A DNA stretch of 64,000 bases. Origin: a virus. Made by a program: the position numbers and the translations under genes. The notes below the pieces were generated by a model. The model had not been told where the DNA came from. It did no database searches and worked only from the letters and a program-made list of their open reading frames with translations. This document shows, piece after piece, positions 1-9,569 of this stretch. The number at the start of each line of letters is the position of its first letter. Position 1 is the first letter of the stretch. Location: positions 96,001 to 160,000 of the IMG/VR virus record IMGVR_UViG_3300043409_001462; one strand, 5' to 3'.

Positions 1-487
1 CCTAGAGAGCGCACAGTTGCTTTCTACGGCTCATCGTGTACTAGATGGAGTAGAAAAAGTTAGTCAACGTCTTGTTCCTAATACACTAGAAAATCCTAAG
101 TATCGTAAACATAAAACTTGGCAATTACCTGATGCACGTGATTACGTAATGTATCAGGCTACGCATATCAATCATCCCTCTGCTGTTTGGTGCCGTACTT
201 CTGTAGAAAATTATGATTGGCTCGTAGATCATATGTATGCTCTAATGCGCGAGTATACTTATCGTTATGGTAAAACGCACAAGTGTCAGGGCGAGCTTTC
301 GTATCAACTTCAATCTCCTCCTAAAAATCTTAAGGATTGGGATTGGACTCCGATGCCTTCTTGTATGGCGGAAGAGTATATTATTTCAGATAATCCCTTG
401 ACAAATTATCGAAACTATTATAGAATAGGAAAGTTAAATCTTCATAAGTGGACTAAACGTGAACCTCCGAGGTGGATCAATGAGTAG
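1..487 (+). CDS. Pyrimidine-dimer DNA glycosylase/endonuclease V-like protein (5' truncated by window edge)
   Basis: Frame is open from the window start (LESAQLLSTAHR); motifs HINHPSAVW, EYTYRYGKTHK, YRNYY are typical of DenV-like proteins of T4-like phages. Confidence 0.7.
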   Translation, partial: LESAQLLSTAHRVLDGVEKVSQRLVPNTLENPKYRKHKTWQLPDARDYVMYQATHINHPSAVWCRTSVENYDWLVDHMYALMREYTYRYGKTHKCQGELSYQLQSPPKNLKDWDWTPMPSCMAEEYIISDNPLTNYRNYYRIGKLNLHKWTKREPPRWINE

Positions 488-701
488 GTATGATATGGGT
501 AGATTTGAATGGGACTGGTTCATTGGATGGACCTGCGGAACAGTGGTAATTTTAGGTATTTTAACCGCAATTTATCATGGAACTGCTGATAGTAATCAAA
601 GGTATTATGCATCGATGGATAAGTGTATCGCCGCTGGTGGTTCATTTATTCCTACAGGCGGTCAGAGTGGTGCAATTTGTTTGATGGGGATGAAGCAATG
701 A
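480..701 (+). CDS. Small membrane protein
   Basis: ATG overlaps upstream gene; one hydrophobic segment (FIGWTCGTVVILGILTAIY) followed by a Cys pair. Confidence 0.55.
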   Translation: MSRYDMGRFEWDWFIGWTCGTVVILGILTAIYHGTADSNQRYYASMDKCIAAGGSFIPTGGQSGAICLMGMKQ

Positions 702-1111
702 GTTTTTATACAGACGTAAGAGATTTTCATCAGGCTTTCGGGCAGCGTATTGGCGAGAAGCCAGAGCTTCCTGATATTGAAGAACGTAAGCTCCGTATTA
801 AACTCCTTGATGAAGAAGTATTCGAATATACGGATGCGGAATATGCAGACGACCTTGTTGAAATTGCTGATGCCCTTGCTGACATTATCTATATTGCTTG
901 TGGCACTGCCGTTTCTTACGGTATTCCTTTGGACGATGTTTTTGATGAGGTCCATCGAAGCAATATGGCAAAGCTGGTCGATGGTAAGGTTATACGTCGC
1001 GCTGATGGTAAGATCCAAAAGCCTGAGGGATGGCAACCACCAGATATTAAAAGCATTTTAGATAAAGCACACACAAAATATATTTGTAAAATTGCTTCTA
1101 TTACGCTATAA
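698..1111 (+). CDS. MazG-like/PRA-PH family nucleotide pyrophosphohydrolase
   Basis: VRDFHQAF, LLDEEVFE, EIADALADIIYI, EVHRSNMAK, DGKIQKP motifs; ATGA overlap start. Confidence 0.85.
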   Translation: MSFYTDVRDFHQAFGQRIGEKPELPDIEERKLRIKLLDEEVFEYTDAEYADDLVEIADALADIIYIACGTAVSYGIPLDDVFDEVHRSNMAKLVDGKVIRRADGKIQKPEGWQPPDIKSILDKAHTKYICKIASITL

Positions 1112-1149
1112 TAGTTGGATATATAATATGTGTTTTGAGGAGAACAATT

Positions 1150-2466
1150 ATGGTTGAAACTCTTATAATTAAAAATGCAAATCTTCCTAAGAAAGCTAAT
1201 AAAGAGCTTATTCTAGGTACATTTATTACAAAAGATTCGTACGATCGTGTTATCGAATCCGACTGCGATCTTTATGCCTGGAATCAAACAGGAATTAATA
1301 ACGAAGAAAATTTAATTTTTAAGTTTCGTAAAAATATTTTTACGAAAGAAGAATGTGATGCTGCATATGCTGGTTTGAGAGAAGCTGCTACAGAATCTCA
1401 AAATCGTGGTATGGCTGCTGGTCCTCGTGGCGACCAACTCGGTCAGGAAGGTCGTGGTAATCGCGACTGGGTTACTGCTGAGCAAGAAGATATTATTTCA
1501 TTTTTGAAACGTCCTCTCAATAGTATTGAAGATGGTACCAGCATCGAGTCTATTATTAATATGCGTGTCTCTTCTAATAAAGAAGAGACACGTGGGCGTG
1601 TGTGGCTTCGTTCAGAAGTTACTAAATTATACCCAGAGTATCATGGTTGGTTCGATCAGTGGCTTAATCGTATTAAGGATCTTTCGCGCGAAGAACAGCT
1701 TAAAGAAGCTTATAAGATTGATGATTTTATTTCTGAAACTAACTACGCTCAATCCGTAAAATCTGGTATTGCTGGATATTTTGACAGCTACCCACGTATA
1801 CCTTATGGGCGTGCTACATCATACACTGAAAAGAATCCTGAAAAGTTTGCACTTTGTTACCCTTATCTCCATAAGCTTAACGACCAGTTTCGCGAACTGA
1901 TTCCTAATAGATGGAAGGCGCAAAATGCAGAAGCAAACAAGCTTGACACAAGATTCCGTATTGATGGCACTGTCTTCACTACTCTTACTGTTAACCACAA
2001 CTGGCGTACTGCCTGCCACCGTGATGCTGGTGATCTCACTAGCGGTTTCAGCAATATTTGTGGCGTCACTGGCCCAGAAGGTAAGGGATGGCGTGGCGGT
2101 CAGTTTATTCTCCCTGAGTACAGGATTGCTATTAATCTCCAGCCTGGTGATATGTTGCTCGTCAATAATCATGAAGGAATCCACGGAAACGACGAGCTCA
2201 TTGGCGATGACAATGATCGTATGACTATCGTTGCATACTTCCGTGAGAAGATGACAGAACTTCAATCATGGGATTACGAAAAGCTTCGCAAGCAGTATAT
2301 TGATGAGCGTAGATTAAATAAGGATCATAAGTTCCAACGTCCTCTTTGGAATGGCGTTTCCCCTGCTATGTGGGTAGACCAAGAATGGTATGATTATATG
2401 AAAAAACATAATATGGCCGACCCTTATAAGAAGGAAGAGCAATCAACGTTGGATAGTTTCTTTTGA
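1150..2466 (+). CDS. TET/JBP-family 2OG-Fe(II) 5-methylpyrimidine dioxygenase
   Basis: FTTLTVN, HxD (TACHRDAGD), distal His (GIHGN), Arg (RMTIVAYFRE); GAGGAG RBS; neighbours are base-modification genes. Confidence 0.85.
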   Translation: MVETLIIKNANLPKKANKELILGTFITKDSYDRVIESDCDLYAWNQTGINNEENLIFKFRKNIFTKEECDAAYAGLREAATESQNRGMAAGPRGDQLGQEGRGNRDWVTAEQEDIISFLKRPLNSIEDGTSIESIINMRVSSNKEETRGRVWLRSEVTKLYPEYHGWFDQWLNRIKDLSREEQLKEAYKIDDFISETNYAQSVKSGIAGYFDSYPRIPYGRATSYTEKNPEKFALCYPYLHKLNDQFRELIPNRWKAQNAEANKLDTRFRIDGTVFTTLTVNHNWRTACHRDAGDLTSGFSNICGVTGPEGKGWRGGQFILPEYRIAINLQPGDMLLVNNHEGIHGNDELIGDDNDRMTIVAYFREKMTELQSWDYEKLRKQYIDERRLNKDHKFQRPLWNGVSPAMWVDQEWYDYMKKHNMADPYKKEEQSTLDSFF

Positions 2467-3242
2467 AAATCGCTAAAATTTGTAATGAGTGGGAGCTTCC
2501 GTTCAACTTCGACCTAAAGAGCGAGGAGAACGTAAGCCTCCACAATCGTTCATATCTTCATTATGCCGCCGAACACCCAGAACTTGTTTCTTCAAAGTGC
2601 TGGGCCACTAAATGGCTCCTTGAAGATATTATTGACATGTCTCAAACCTATACTGCTATCGAGTACATGGCAGGTATTGGTGTTCAAAGTCTTTTGATTC
2701 AAAAGCTCTTTAATCTAGAATTTCATGTTATGGGAGAGCTAGACGAAGGATGCGTCGAACATCTTTCTAGCATTGACTGGGACCATAAGGCGATTGTAAA
2801 ATGTCAAGATGCACAAAAGTCTTTGATGGAAGATAATAATTTTGATTTGAAGTTTCTTGATCTTCCTAACTCTAGTATCCTTCAGGTTACAACAAAGTGG
2901 AAAGATGGATTCAACAAATTGTTTGAATCTAACCCAAAGCTTGTTGTTTGGACAGATACATCTATCACGTATCCTATTTCTATTCATGGCGAGAAGTATG
3001 GTAATATCTTAGGTGCTAAACTCGATACAAAATTCGACTACATTAATTCATATTCAGCTTGGCTTTTTAGAAATTTCGGTTATACTATAAAGAGAGCTGC
3101 AATCAGAGGGACTAACGCTGTGTATTTTGCAGCAGTTCCTGGATTAGTGTCTACTACTATTTCTAGTTTCCCAATCGCTGAAAACGAAGGTGGGTTTTAT
3201 TTTATCGGAGAGGAAAAAAGCACTCTTGACAGTTTCTTCTAA
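2463..3242 (+). CDS. Putative class I SAM-dependent methyltransferase in DNA-modification cluster
   Basis: Motif I-like EYMAGIG, acidic motif II (ELD), DA, DLKFLDLP; no PC motif of C5-cytosine methyltransferases. Confidence 0.55.
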   Translation: MKIAKICNEWELPFNFDLKSEENVSLHNRSYLHYAAEHPELVSSKCWATKWLLEDIIDMSQTYTAIEYMAGIGVQSLLIQKLFNLEFHVMGELDEGCVEHLSSIDWDHKAIVKCQDAQKSLMEDNNFDLKFLDLPNSSILQVTTKWKDGFNKLFESNPKLVVWTDTSITYPISIHGEKYGNILGAKLDTKFDYINSYSAWLFRNFGYTIKRAAIRGTNAVYFAAVPGLVSTTISSFPIAENEGGFYFIGEEKSTLDSFF

Positions 3243-4386
3243 TCAAATTATCGGTCGCTGGTCAGAACTTAACAATCAACCAGAAATTTCAGATCTTAAA
3301 GCAGGTATGGATTTTCGAGAACCTCGTTATCGTCGAGAAGTATTTTTACGATTTTATGAATATCATTTGAAATATAAATCGCATCCTGGCGCTGTTTATT
3401 TTGCTATGCCATGGCTTGCTAAAAAATTAAATATGGACATGGAAACAAAGCTATGGTTTGCTTTTATCAATGGATGCTCTCAAAACATAGTTACAACTTA
3501 TATTATCTTTCAAAAATACCCTAATCTTAAAGAAGTTAAACTAGAACAGCTTTCTGAATGGTGGGGAGATAACCAGCATAAGTTCAAAGCTGGTTCTGGT
3601 TGGGATACAGATCGTAAATATTTCAAGTATGGGAAAACAGGATTCCCAAACTGTGTAAAGTCGTATAAAGAAAACGTTGATAAATTTGGATCACAGGTTG
3701 ACTTGTTCAACAGTTTAAGCTATACTAATGATAAGTCAAAAAACTTCCAAAATACCTGGGATTATGTTCGTAAGAACTTTATGACCTTTGGTCGTCTTTC
3801 TGCGTTTTCCTATCTTGAGTATTTACGTATTCAGGGTGTAAACTTAGATTGTGATAATCTTTTTCTAGAAGATATTGATGGTTCTCGTTCTCACCGTAAT
3901 GGTCTATGTAAAGTACTAGGTCGTGACGATCTTGACTGGTGGAAGCAGGATCTTAAGTATGATGCCGAAACTATCGAATGGTTGAAGGTAGAAGGCGAAA
4001 TGCTTCTTAATGAAGCAAAAGCTCGTTTTGGACATCTATATAAAGACGTTTCGTATTTTACATTAGAGTCAACTTTCTGTTGTTATAAATCTTGGCATAG
4101 ACCCAAGCGTCGTTATCCTAATGTATACATGGATATGTTCCATGATCGTATTAAGTATGCAGAGTCAGAGTGGGATATGAGTTTAGATTTGTTTTGGCAA
4201 ATGAGAAAAGAATGTTTGCCTGAACACCTGCGTTTAGAAGATAATCCTAAAGACCCAGGATTAGTTCCTGAAAAGCAAAATCATTATCTTACTACAGGAC
4301 AGGTGATAATGATGGATAAAGAGTGGGAATGTTTTGAAAACGATTTCTATGGTCCAAAAGGCATTGAACATTTTTATACGGAGTGA
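3226..4386 (+). CDS. Amino acid:DNA transferase-like protein (aGPT-Pplase2 family, HhH-glycosylase fold)
   Basis: WFAFING, WDTDRKY, FGRLSAFSYLEYL, SRSHRNGL, TLESTFCCYKSW; TTG start after GGAGAGG. Confidence 0.75.
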   Translation: MTVSSNQIIGRWSELNNQPEISDLKAGMDFREPRYRREVFLRFYEYHLKYKSHPGAVYFAMPWLAKKLNMDMETKLWFAFINGCSQNIVTTYIIFQKYPNLKEVKLEQLSEWWGDNQHKFKAGSGWDTDRKYFKYGKTGFPNCVKSYKENVDKFGSQVDLFNSLSYTNDKSKNFQNTWDYVRKNFMTFGRLSAFSYLEYLRIQGVNLDCDNLFLEDIDGSRSHRNGLCKVLGRDDLDWWKQDLKYDAETIEWLKVEGEMLLNEAKARFGHLYKDVSYFTLESTFCCYKSWHRPKRRYPNVYMDMFHDRIKYAESEWDMSLDLFWQMRKECLPEHLRLEDNPKDPGLVPEKQNHYLTTGQVIMMDKEWECFENDFYGPKGIEHFYTE

Positions 4387-4388
4387 CT

Positions 4389-4928
4389 ATGAAAGTTATA
4401 GCAATCGGTGGTAATCCAGGCAGTGGTAAGTCGACGCTGATGAAGCGTGTGATTGAGTATTACACTCCTGTAAAAAAGTATGATGAGTTTAAGTTGGTTC
4501 CTTACCTACAGAATAACAAAATTTACATTCTTGGTAAGTATGATGAAGGTGAAGTATTTTCTGGCACTGACCGTATGAGTATGGCAGTTCAGCCAGAGGC
4601 TATTAAATTTTTAGCTAGTCTTCCTGCTGATTCTATAGTATTATATGAAGGTGATAGATTGTTCACTGCTTCATTCCTAGAAGATTGTGCAGAGAAGTAT
4701 GAATTGAAGATTATTCATTTATCTACTTCTGTGGAAGTTCGTGAAGATCGTTACAAGGAACGTGGGAGCAACCAAAACGTTACATGGCTTCAGGGTCGTG
4801 AAAGTAAGATCAATAACATTTTGACGAATATGTCTCTATTATTTTTCGTAGACTCATTTCAAAACGACGACTGGTTTGAACAAGAAATTATATTTCAATC
4901 TATAATTAATGAGGTGAACAATGGATGA
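4389..4928 (+). CDS. P-loop nucleotide/5hmU-DNA kinase-like protein
   Basis: Walker A GNPGSGKS, GTDRMSMAVQP, EGDRL motifs of kinases associated with thymine hypermodification. Confidence 0.75.
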   Translation: MKVIAIGGNPGSGKSTLMKRVIEYYTPVKKYDEFKLVPYLQNNKIYILGKYDEGEVFSGTDRMSMAVQPEAIKFLASLPADSIVLYEGDRLFTASFLEDCAEKYELKIIHLSTSVEVREDRYKERGSNQNVTWLQGRESKINNILTNMSLLFFVDSFQNDDWFEQEIIFQSIINEVNNG

Positions 4929-5283
4929 TATTAAAGTTGTATATGGCCCAGCTGACAAATATGATACTAGCGTAACTGCTTCTTATGGAGAAACTGACTT
5001 GACTGGAAAAAATTTCTACAAATATGCTGAAAACAAAATTCTTGCAGATCTTTGTGACTATATAGATAAGACGTACGATCAACACTACATGTCTGAAAAT
5101 GATGTACAGTGTTTTGATGCGTGGATTGCTCTTGGAGATGCGACTCCTACCTTCCGTAATACAGCCTTGAAGTATCTTTGGCGTTATGGTAAGAAGAGCG
5201 GTAACAACAAAGATGACTTGATGAAGACCTTACATTACACACTGTTGTGTTTGTATAACGATCACTATAAGGATGTTAAATAA
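4921..5283 (+). CDS. DUF3310-like protein
   Basis: TYDQHY...NTALKYLWRYGKK...DLMKTLHY pattern. Confidence 0.7.
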   Translation: MDDIKVVYGPADKYDTSVTASYGETDLTGKNFYKYAENKILADLCDYIDKTYDQHYMSENDVQCFDAWIALGDATPTFRNTALKYLWRYGKKSGNNKDDLMKTLHYTLLCLYNDHYKDVK

Positions 5284-6137
5284 TGGAAATTAATGTACCA
5301 ATCGAAATGCTTCGTGAGCGGAAGCTTTTCGTCGCGACTCCAATGTATGGCGGTATGTGCGCTGGAATGTTTGCTAAGTCTACTGCCGACTTGTCTGCTA
5401 TTTGTACGCAGTATGGTATTCCCCTACAGTACTACTATCTCTTCAACGAGTCATTGATCACTCGTGCACGCAACTACTGTGTTGATGAGTTTATGCGTTC
5501 GGATGCTGAACATCTTATGTTTATTGATGCTGATATTGGTTTCAATCCTCAGGATGTTATTGCTCTTATGGCTTTGCAGGCACAGGAGCCAGATAAGTAT
5601 GATATCATTGGTGGACCTTATCCTAAGAAGTGCATCAGCTGGGAAAAGATTAAGCTTGCAGTTGATAAGGGTATGGCTGACGAAGATCCAAACGTACTAG
5701 AAAAGTTCGTTGGTGATTATGTTTTCAATCCTAAGAATAACACTGGATCTATTCCTCTTGGAGAGCCAGTAGAAGTTCTAGAGATTGGTACTGGTTTTAT
5801 GATGATCAGTAAGCAAGCTTTGACTAAGTTTAGAGATAGCTATCCTCAACTTAGCTATAAGCCTGATCACGTTCGTACTGAAGCTTTTGATGGGTCACGT
5901 GAAATCCTCCAGTATTTCCAGGCTGAGATTGATCCTGTTTCTAGACGTTACCTTTCAGAAGACTATTGGTTTTGTCAGAAGGTTCAGGCTATTGGTCTCA
6001 AGACTTGGTTCTGTCCTTGGATGAAGATGCAGCACGTTGGCTCTTACATCTTTGGTGGTTCGTTGTCAGATCTTGCGTCTATTGGGGCGGCAGCAACTGC
6101 TGATCCTAGTGCTCTTGGTGGTAAGAAGAAGAAGTGA
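5283..6137 (+). CDS. GT-A fold glycosyltransferase
   Basis: FVATPMYGG, ESLITRARN, DxD (FIDADIGF), GTGFMMI, LSEDYWFC. Confidence 0.8.
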   Translation: MEINVPIEMLRERKLFVATPMYGGMCAGMFAKSTADLSAICTQYGIPLQYYYLFNESLITRARNYCVDEFMRSDAEHLMFIDADIGFNPQDVIALMALQAQEPDKYDIIGGPYPKKCISWEKIKLAVDKGMADEDPNVLEKFVGDYVFNPKNNTGSIPLGEPVEVLEIGTGFMMISKQALTKFRDSYPQLSYKPDHVRTEAFDGSREILQYFQAEIDPVSRRYLSEDYWFCQKVQAIGLKTWFCPWMKMQHVGSYIFGGSLSDLASIGAAATADPSALGGKKKK

Positions 6138-6151
6138 AAAAGGAATATATC

Positions 6152-6814
6152 ATGAATCTTAATGTGAAGACTATCGAAATCCTCAAGAATTTTTACTCTA
6201 TCAATCCTTCGCTCGTCGTGAAGGAAGGTAACGTATTGACTACCATTTCAACTGGTAAGACAATCGTCGCCAAGGCGACTGTACCAGATACATTTAGTAA
6301 GCGTTTTGCTATGTATAATCTTGGTCGGTTTATTAATTCTGTTACCTCTTATGAGAAGGCGGAAATTACATTTAATGACACTAACGTTGTTATTAAGGAA
6401 ACTGATAAGAATGAGAGCACTCGTTTGGCTTATGCTGATGAGTCAGGTATCAAGGTTCCTCCTGAGAAGGCTATTAATCTTCCTACAATCGATGCTACCT
6501 GTAAGATTACTACTGTAGCTCTTCGCACTGTACAAAAGCAGCTTGGTATTCTTGATGTACCTGAAATTGCTGTTACTGGCGATGGAACAAATATCTATCT
6601 TCAAGCTGTTGATTCTAAGAACGTAAATAGTGATACATTTTCTATTGTTATTGGATCAACTGATCGCACATTCCGTGCTTTGTTCAAGGTTGAAAACATC
6701 AAGGTGATTCCTGGAGACTACGAAGTTGATATTTGTTCGAAGGGCATCTCCCACTTTAAGGGAGAAGGTATCGAATACTGGATTGCAGTCGAGGCAAATT
6801 CAACCTACAGTTAA
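6152..6814 (+). CDS. 45: Sliding clamp gp45
   Basis: TIEILKNFYSINPS N-terminus, FKVENIKVIPGDY, YWIAVE C-terminus; synteny with gp44/gp62. Confidence 0.92.
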   Translation: MNLNVKTIEILKNFYSINPSLVVKEGNVLTTISTGKTIVAKATVPDTFSKRFAMYNLGRFINSVTSYEKAEITFNDTNVVIKETDKNESTRLAYADESGIKVPPEKAINLPTIDATCKITTVALRTVQKQLGILDVPEIAVTGDGTNIYLQAVDSKNVNSDTFSIVIGSTDRTFRALFKVENIKVIPGDYEVDICSKGISHFKGEGIEYWIAVEANSTYS

Positions 6815-6817
6815 GGG

Positions 6818-6846
6818 TTGACTTTTTCTACGGGAGGAGCTATTAT
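6818..6846 (+). promoter_or_regulatory. Sigma70-like promoter with -10 inside an inverted repeat
   Basis: TTGACT-N17-TATTAT; GGGAGGAGC...GTTCCTCCC hairpin covers the -10. Confidence 0.65.
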
Positions 6847-6866
6847 AGTTCCTCCCACTTTATATT

Positions 6867-7427
6867 ATGAGGTATGTGATGCATATCGATGCAAAAAAGA
6901 AATTACTGATAACAGAAATTGTTAAGATAGGATTAAATATTCCTTTCCAATCAGTCAAAGCGAAAATTATTTATTTTAATGAAAATGGTTCTTTAGAACC
7001 AAGATTAAGTATGTCATTTTCACCGAATATTCCAATTAATTCAACAGGAATATACACAATATACGCATCAAAAGATGGAATTGATGAGTGTCTTTATGTT
7101 GGTGAATCTGCTTACTGTGTCAGTCAAAGAATCAGAAGGTTTTTCAAAGAGCTTACTGGTTGTAGTAATCCAAATGAAACTCATCCAGCTGCAACTAAAG
7201 CTAAAGAGAATCGATATTCTCTAGAATCACATACTTTTAAAGTAAAGTGGATTCCATGGCCTTCAATAATTGAAGCCGCTCTAAAATTCGATGTTAAATT
7301 TGACGATTATTTTATGAATAATTTAGATAGCGAAATATCTTATTTAGTTAAATCGAAGTATAATTGCACAACATATATGATGTACGGTTATAGTGCTGCA
7401 ACTCTAAAAGACTTTTTGGGAGTTTAA
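6867..7427 (+). CDS. GIY-YIG-like endonuclease
   Basis: TGIYTIY...LYVGES...QRIRRF. Confidence 0.6.
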   Translation: MRYVMHIDAKKKLLITEIVKIGLNIPFQSVKAKIIYFNENGSLEPRLSMSFSPNIPINSTGIYTIYASKDGIDECLYVGESAYCVSQRIRRFFKELTGCSNPNETHPAATKAKENRYSLESHTFKVKWIPWPSIIEAALKFDVKFDDYFMNNLDSEISYLVKSKYNCTTYMMYGYSAATLKDFLGV

Positions 7428-7428
7428 T

Positions 7429-8367
7429 ATGCTTGAAGAATTTCTCTGGGTTGAGAAGTATCGTCCTAAAACTGTTGAGGAAACTATCCTACCTGCTGAT
7501 CTCAAGGCTGTATTCCAACAGTTCGTCGATCAGAAGAACATTCCTAATCTAATCTTATCTGGTTCTGCAGGCGTTGGTAAAACAACTATCGCTCGAGCTA
7601 TGCTCGAACAACTCGAATGCGACTACATCGTAATCAATGGGTCTATGAATGGTGGCATTGACACTCTCCGAAATGAAATCCTCTCTTTCGCTTCATCCGT
7701 CTCACTCCAGGGTGGACGTAAATATGTCATTCTTGACGAAGCAGATTACCTCAACGCAAACTCTACCCAACCCGCTCTCCGAAATTTTATGGAAGAGTTC
7801 TCTCGAAACTGTGGTTTCATTCTCACATGCAACTTTAAAAACAGAATCATTGAACCGCTACATTCTCGGTGCTCTGTCGTAGACTTCAAGATCAGCAAGA
7901 AGGATATGGCCAAGCTCGCTATGCAGTTTATGAAGCGAGTCAACATTATTCTTAATACAGAAAACATCAAGTATGAGTCTGCTGTTGTTGCAGAGGTAAT
8001 CCAAAAGCATTTCCCTGATTGGCGTCGTGTTCTTAATGAGCTGCAACGCTATGCAGCTACAGGTTCTATTGACACTGGTATTCTTGCTAATATGCAGGAT
8101 ATATCGATCAAAGAACTGGTCGATCTCCTTAAGGACAAAAACTTTACTGAGATTCGCAAGTGGGTTGCTAATAATCCTGACTATGATCAAAACGAAATTT
8201 ATCGCAAGCTTTATGAGCAAGCTTGTAATTTCCTAGAGGCTACAGCTGTAGCGCAACTTGTATTGATTATAGCTAGGTATCAGTATCAGGCTGCTTTTTC
8301 TGCCAATGCAGAAATCAATCTCGTTGCTTGTTTGACTGAGGTTATGAAGGATTGTGAATTTCAATGA
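7429..8367 (+). CDS. 44: Clamp loader large subunit gp44
   Basis: WVEKYRP, Walker A GSAGVGKTT, ILDEAD, PLHSRC. Confidence 0.95.
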   Translation: MLEEFLWVEKYRPKTVEETILPADLKAVFQQFVDQKNIPNLILSGSAGVGKTTIARAMLEQLECDYIVINGSMNGGIDTLRNEILSFASSVSLQGGRKYVILDEADYLNANSTQPALRNFMEEFSRNCGFILTCNFKNRIIEPLHSRCSVVDFKISKKDMAKLAMQFMKRVNIILNTENIKYESAVVAEVIQKHFPDWRRVLNELQRYAATGSIDTGILANMQDISIKELVDLLKDKNFTEIRKWVANNPDYDQNEIYRKLYEQACNFLEATAVAQLVLIIARYQYQAAFSANAEINLVACLTEVMKDCEFQ

Positions 8368-8741
8368 GTCCATTCGACATTATCAATTCTATCACTTACA
8401 ACAAGAAGCGTTTGATTGACGATTCTAATGAGAAGATGTACAATGCGTATCAGGTAAATAAAGGTTTGTCTTATTTTAAAGACACAATCTTCATTGCTCA
8501 AGAAATGAACATGAATTATCATCTTGATAATTTGCTTCAGCATGACTATCTTTTCCATACCGTAAGGAAGCAGAAGAGATTTGCTAAGTGGGTTAAGAAA
8601 GACAAGGATGCTGATATTGAAGCTATCAAGATTTATTTCAATTATGGCTATCGTAAAGCGCAAGAAGCTTATTCGATCCTATCAAAAGATCAGCTTGAGT
8701 ACATAAAGGAAAAAGTCAAGGGTGGAGCTTGCAATCGATAA
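8364..8741 (+). CDS. 62: Clamp loader small subunit gp62
   Basis: NKGLSYF, RKQKRFAKW, IKIYFNYG; follows gp44. Confidence 0.9.
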   Translation: MSPFDIINSITYNKKRLIDDSNEKMYNAYQVNKGLSYFKDTIFIAQEMNMNYHLDNLLQHDYLFHTVRKQKRFAKWVKKDKDADIEAIKIYFNYGYRKAQEAYSILSKDQLEYIKEKVKGGACNR

Positions 8742-8806
8742 AAGCATAAATACCTCATAACATGTTCAAGTGACAAAAACAAAAACAAATAATTATGAGG
8801 TAAACG

Positions 8807-9205
8807 ATGGCTATATTAGATTCACTGATCGAGGTGAAAATTGCTGAGGAAGAAGATTTCCTAAAGATTAAGGAAACTCTTACACGTATCGGCGTTGCAT
8901 CTAGAAAAGATCACAAGCTTTATCAATCATGTCATATCCTGCACAAGCAGGGTAAATATTATATCGTACACTTTAAAGAGTTGTTTTCTCTTGATGGTAA
9001 ACCAACAAATTTCAGTGAAGAAGATATAGGTCGCAGAAACACAATTTGTCAGCTACTCGAAGACTGGAACTTGATCAAGGTAGTAGAAGCTGATAAAATC
9101 AAATTACCAAAATCTCCTATGAGCCAAATTAAGATCCTACCTCATAAGGAAAAGGATGAATGGGAATTGGTAGCAAAGTACAATATCGGTAGGAAAAAAA
9201 CCTAA
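8807..9205 (+). CDS. regA: Translational repressor RegA
   Basis: FLKIKETLTRIGVAS, LYQSCHILHKQGKYYIVHFKELF. Confidence 0.95.
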   Translation: MAILDSLIEVKIAEEEDFLKIKETLTRIGVASRKDHKLYQSCHILHKQGKYYIVHFKELFSLDGKPTNFSEEDIGRRNTICQLLEDWNLIKVVEADKIKLPKSPMSQIKILPHKEKDEWELVAKYNIGRKKT

Positions 9206-9221
9206 TATAATGTGAGGCGAA

Positions 9222-9569
9222 ATGTTTAGTATGTTCAAACCAAAACCAAAAACTACGGCTGACCAACAGCTGGAAGAAATTAAAAATATCCTGTTCCCAC
9301 CATTCAAGAAGCAAACAGAAAAAGATGTTACGTTTCTGATTGACTATTCGGCTGACTCGAATCTACAAGCAGCTGTCAATGATCTTGAAGAAGGTCATTG
9401 CGATGAGATTGTTATAGGTACAATAAACAAGGTTGTGGATAGAATGGTTGAAGTCAGAAAAATTCTCAAGGCGTATGGAGAATTTGATACCGACGCAAAA
9501 TACATTATCGTTGATGATATGCCTACCGATAAAGAGGATATTGAAGTTGGAAATGAAAGACGACATTGA
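9222..9569 (+). CDS. Hypothetical protein
   Basis: ORF with GAGG RBS after regA. Confidence 0.6.
   Translation: MFSMFKPKPKTTADQQLEEIKNILFPPFKKQTEKDVTFLIDYSADSNLQAAVNDLEEGHCDEIVIGTINKVVDRMVEVRKILKAYGEFDTDAKYIIVDDMPTDKEDIEVGNERRH

Noticed and set aside
2463-3242. C5-cytosine methyltransferase feeding the TET enzyme
   Set aside because: No catalytic PC motif or ENV motif visible
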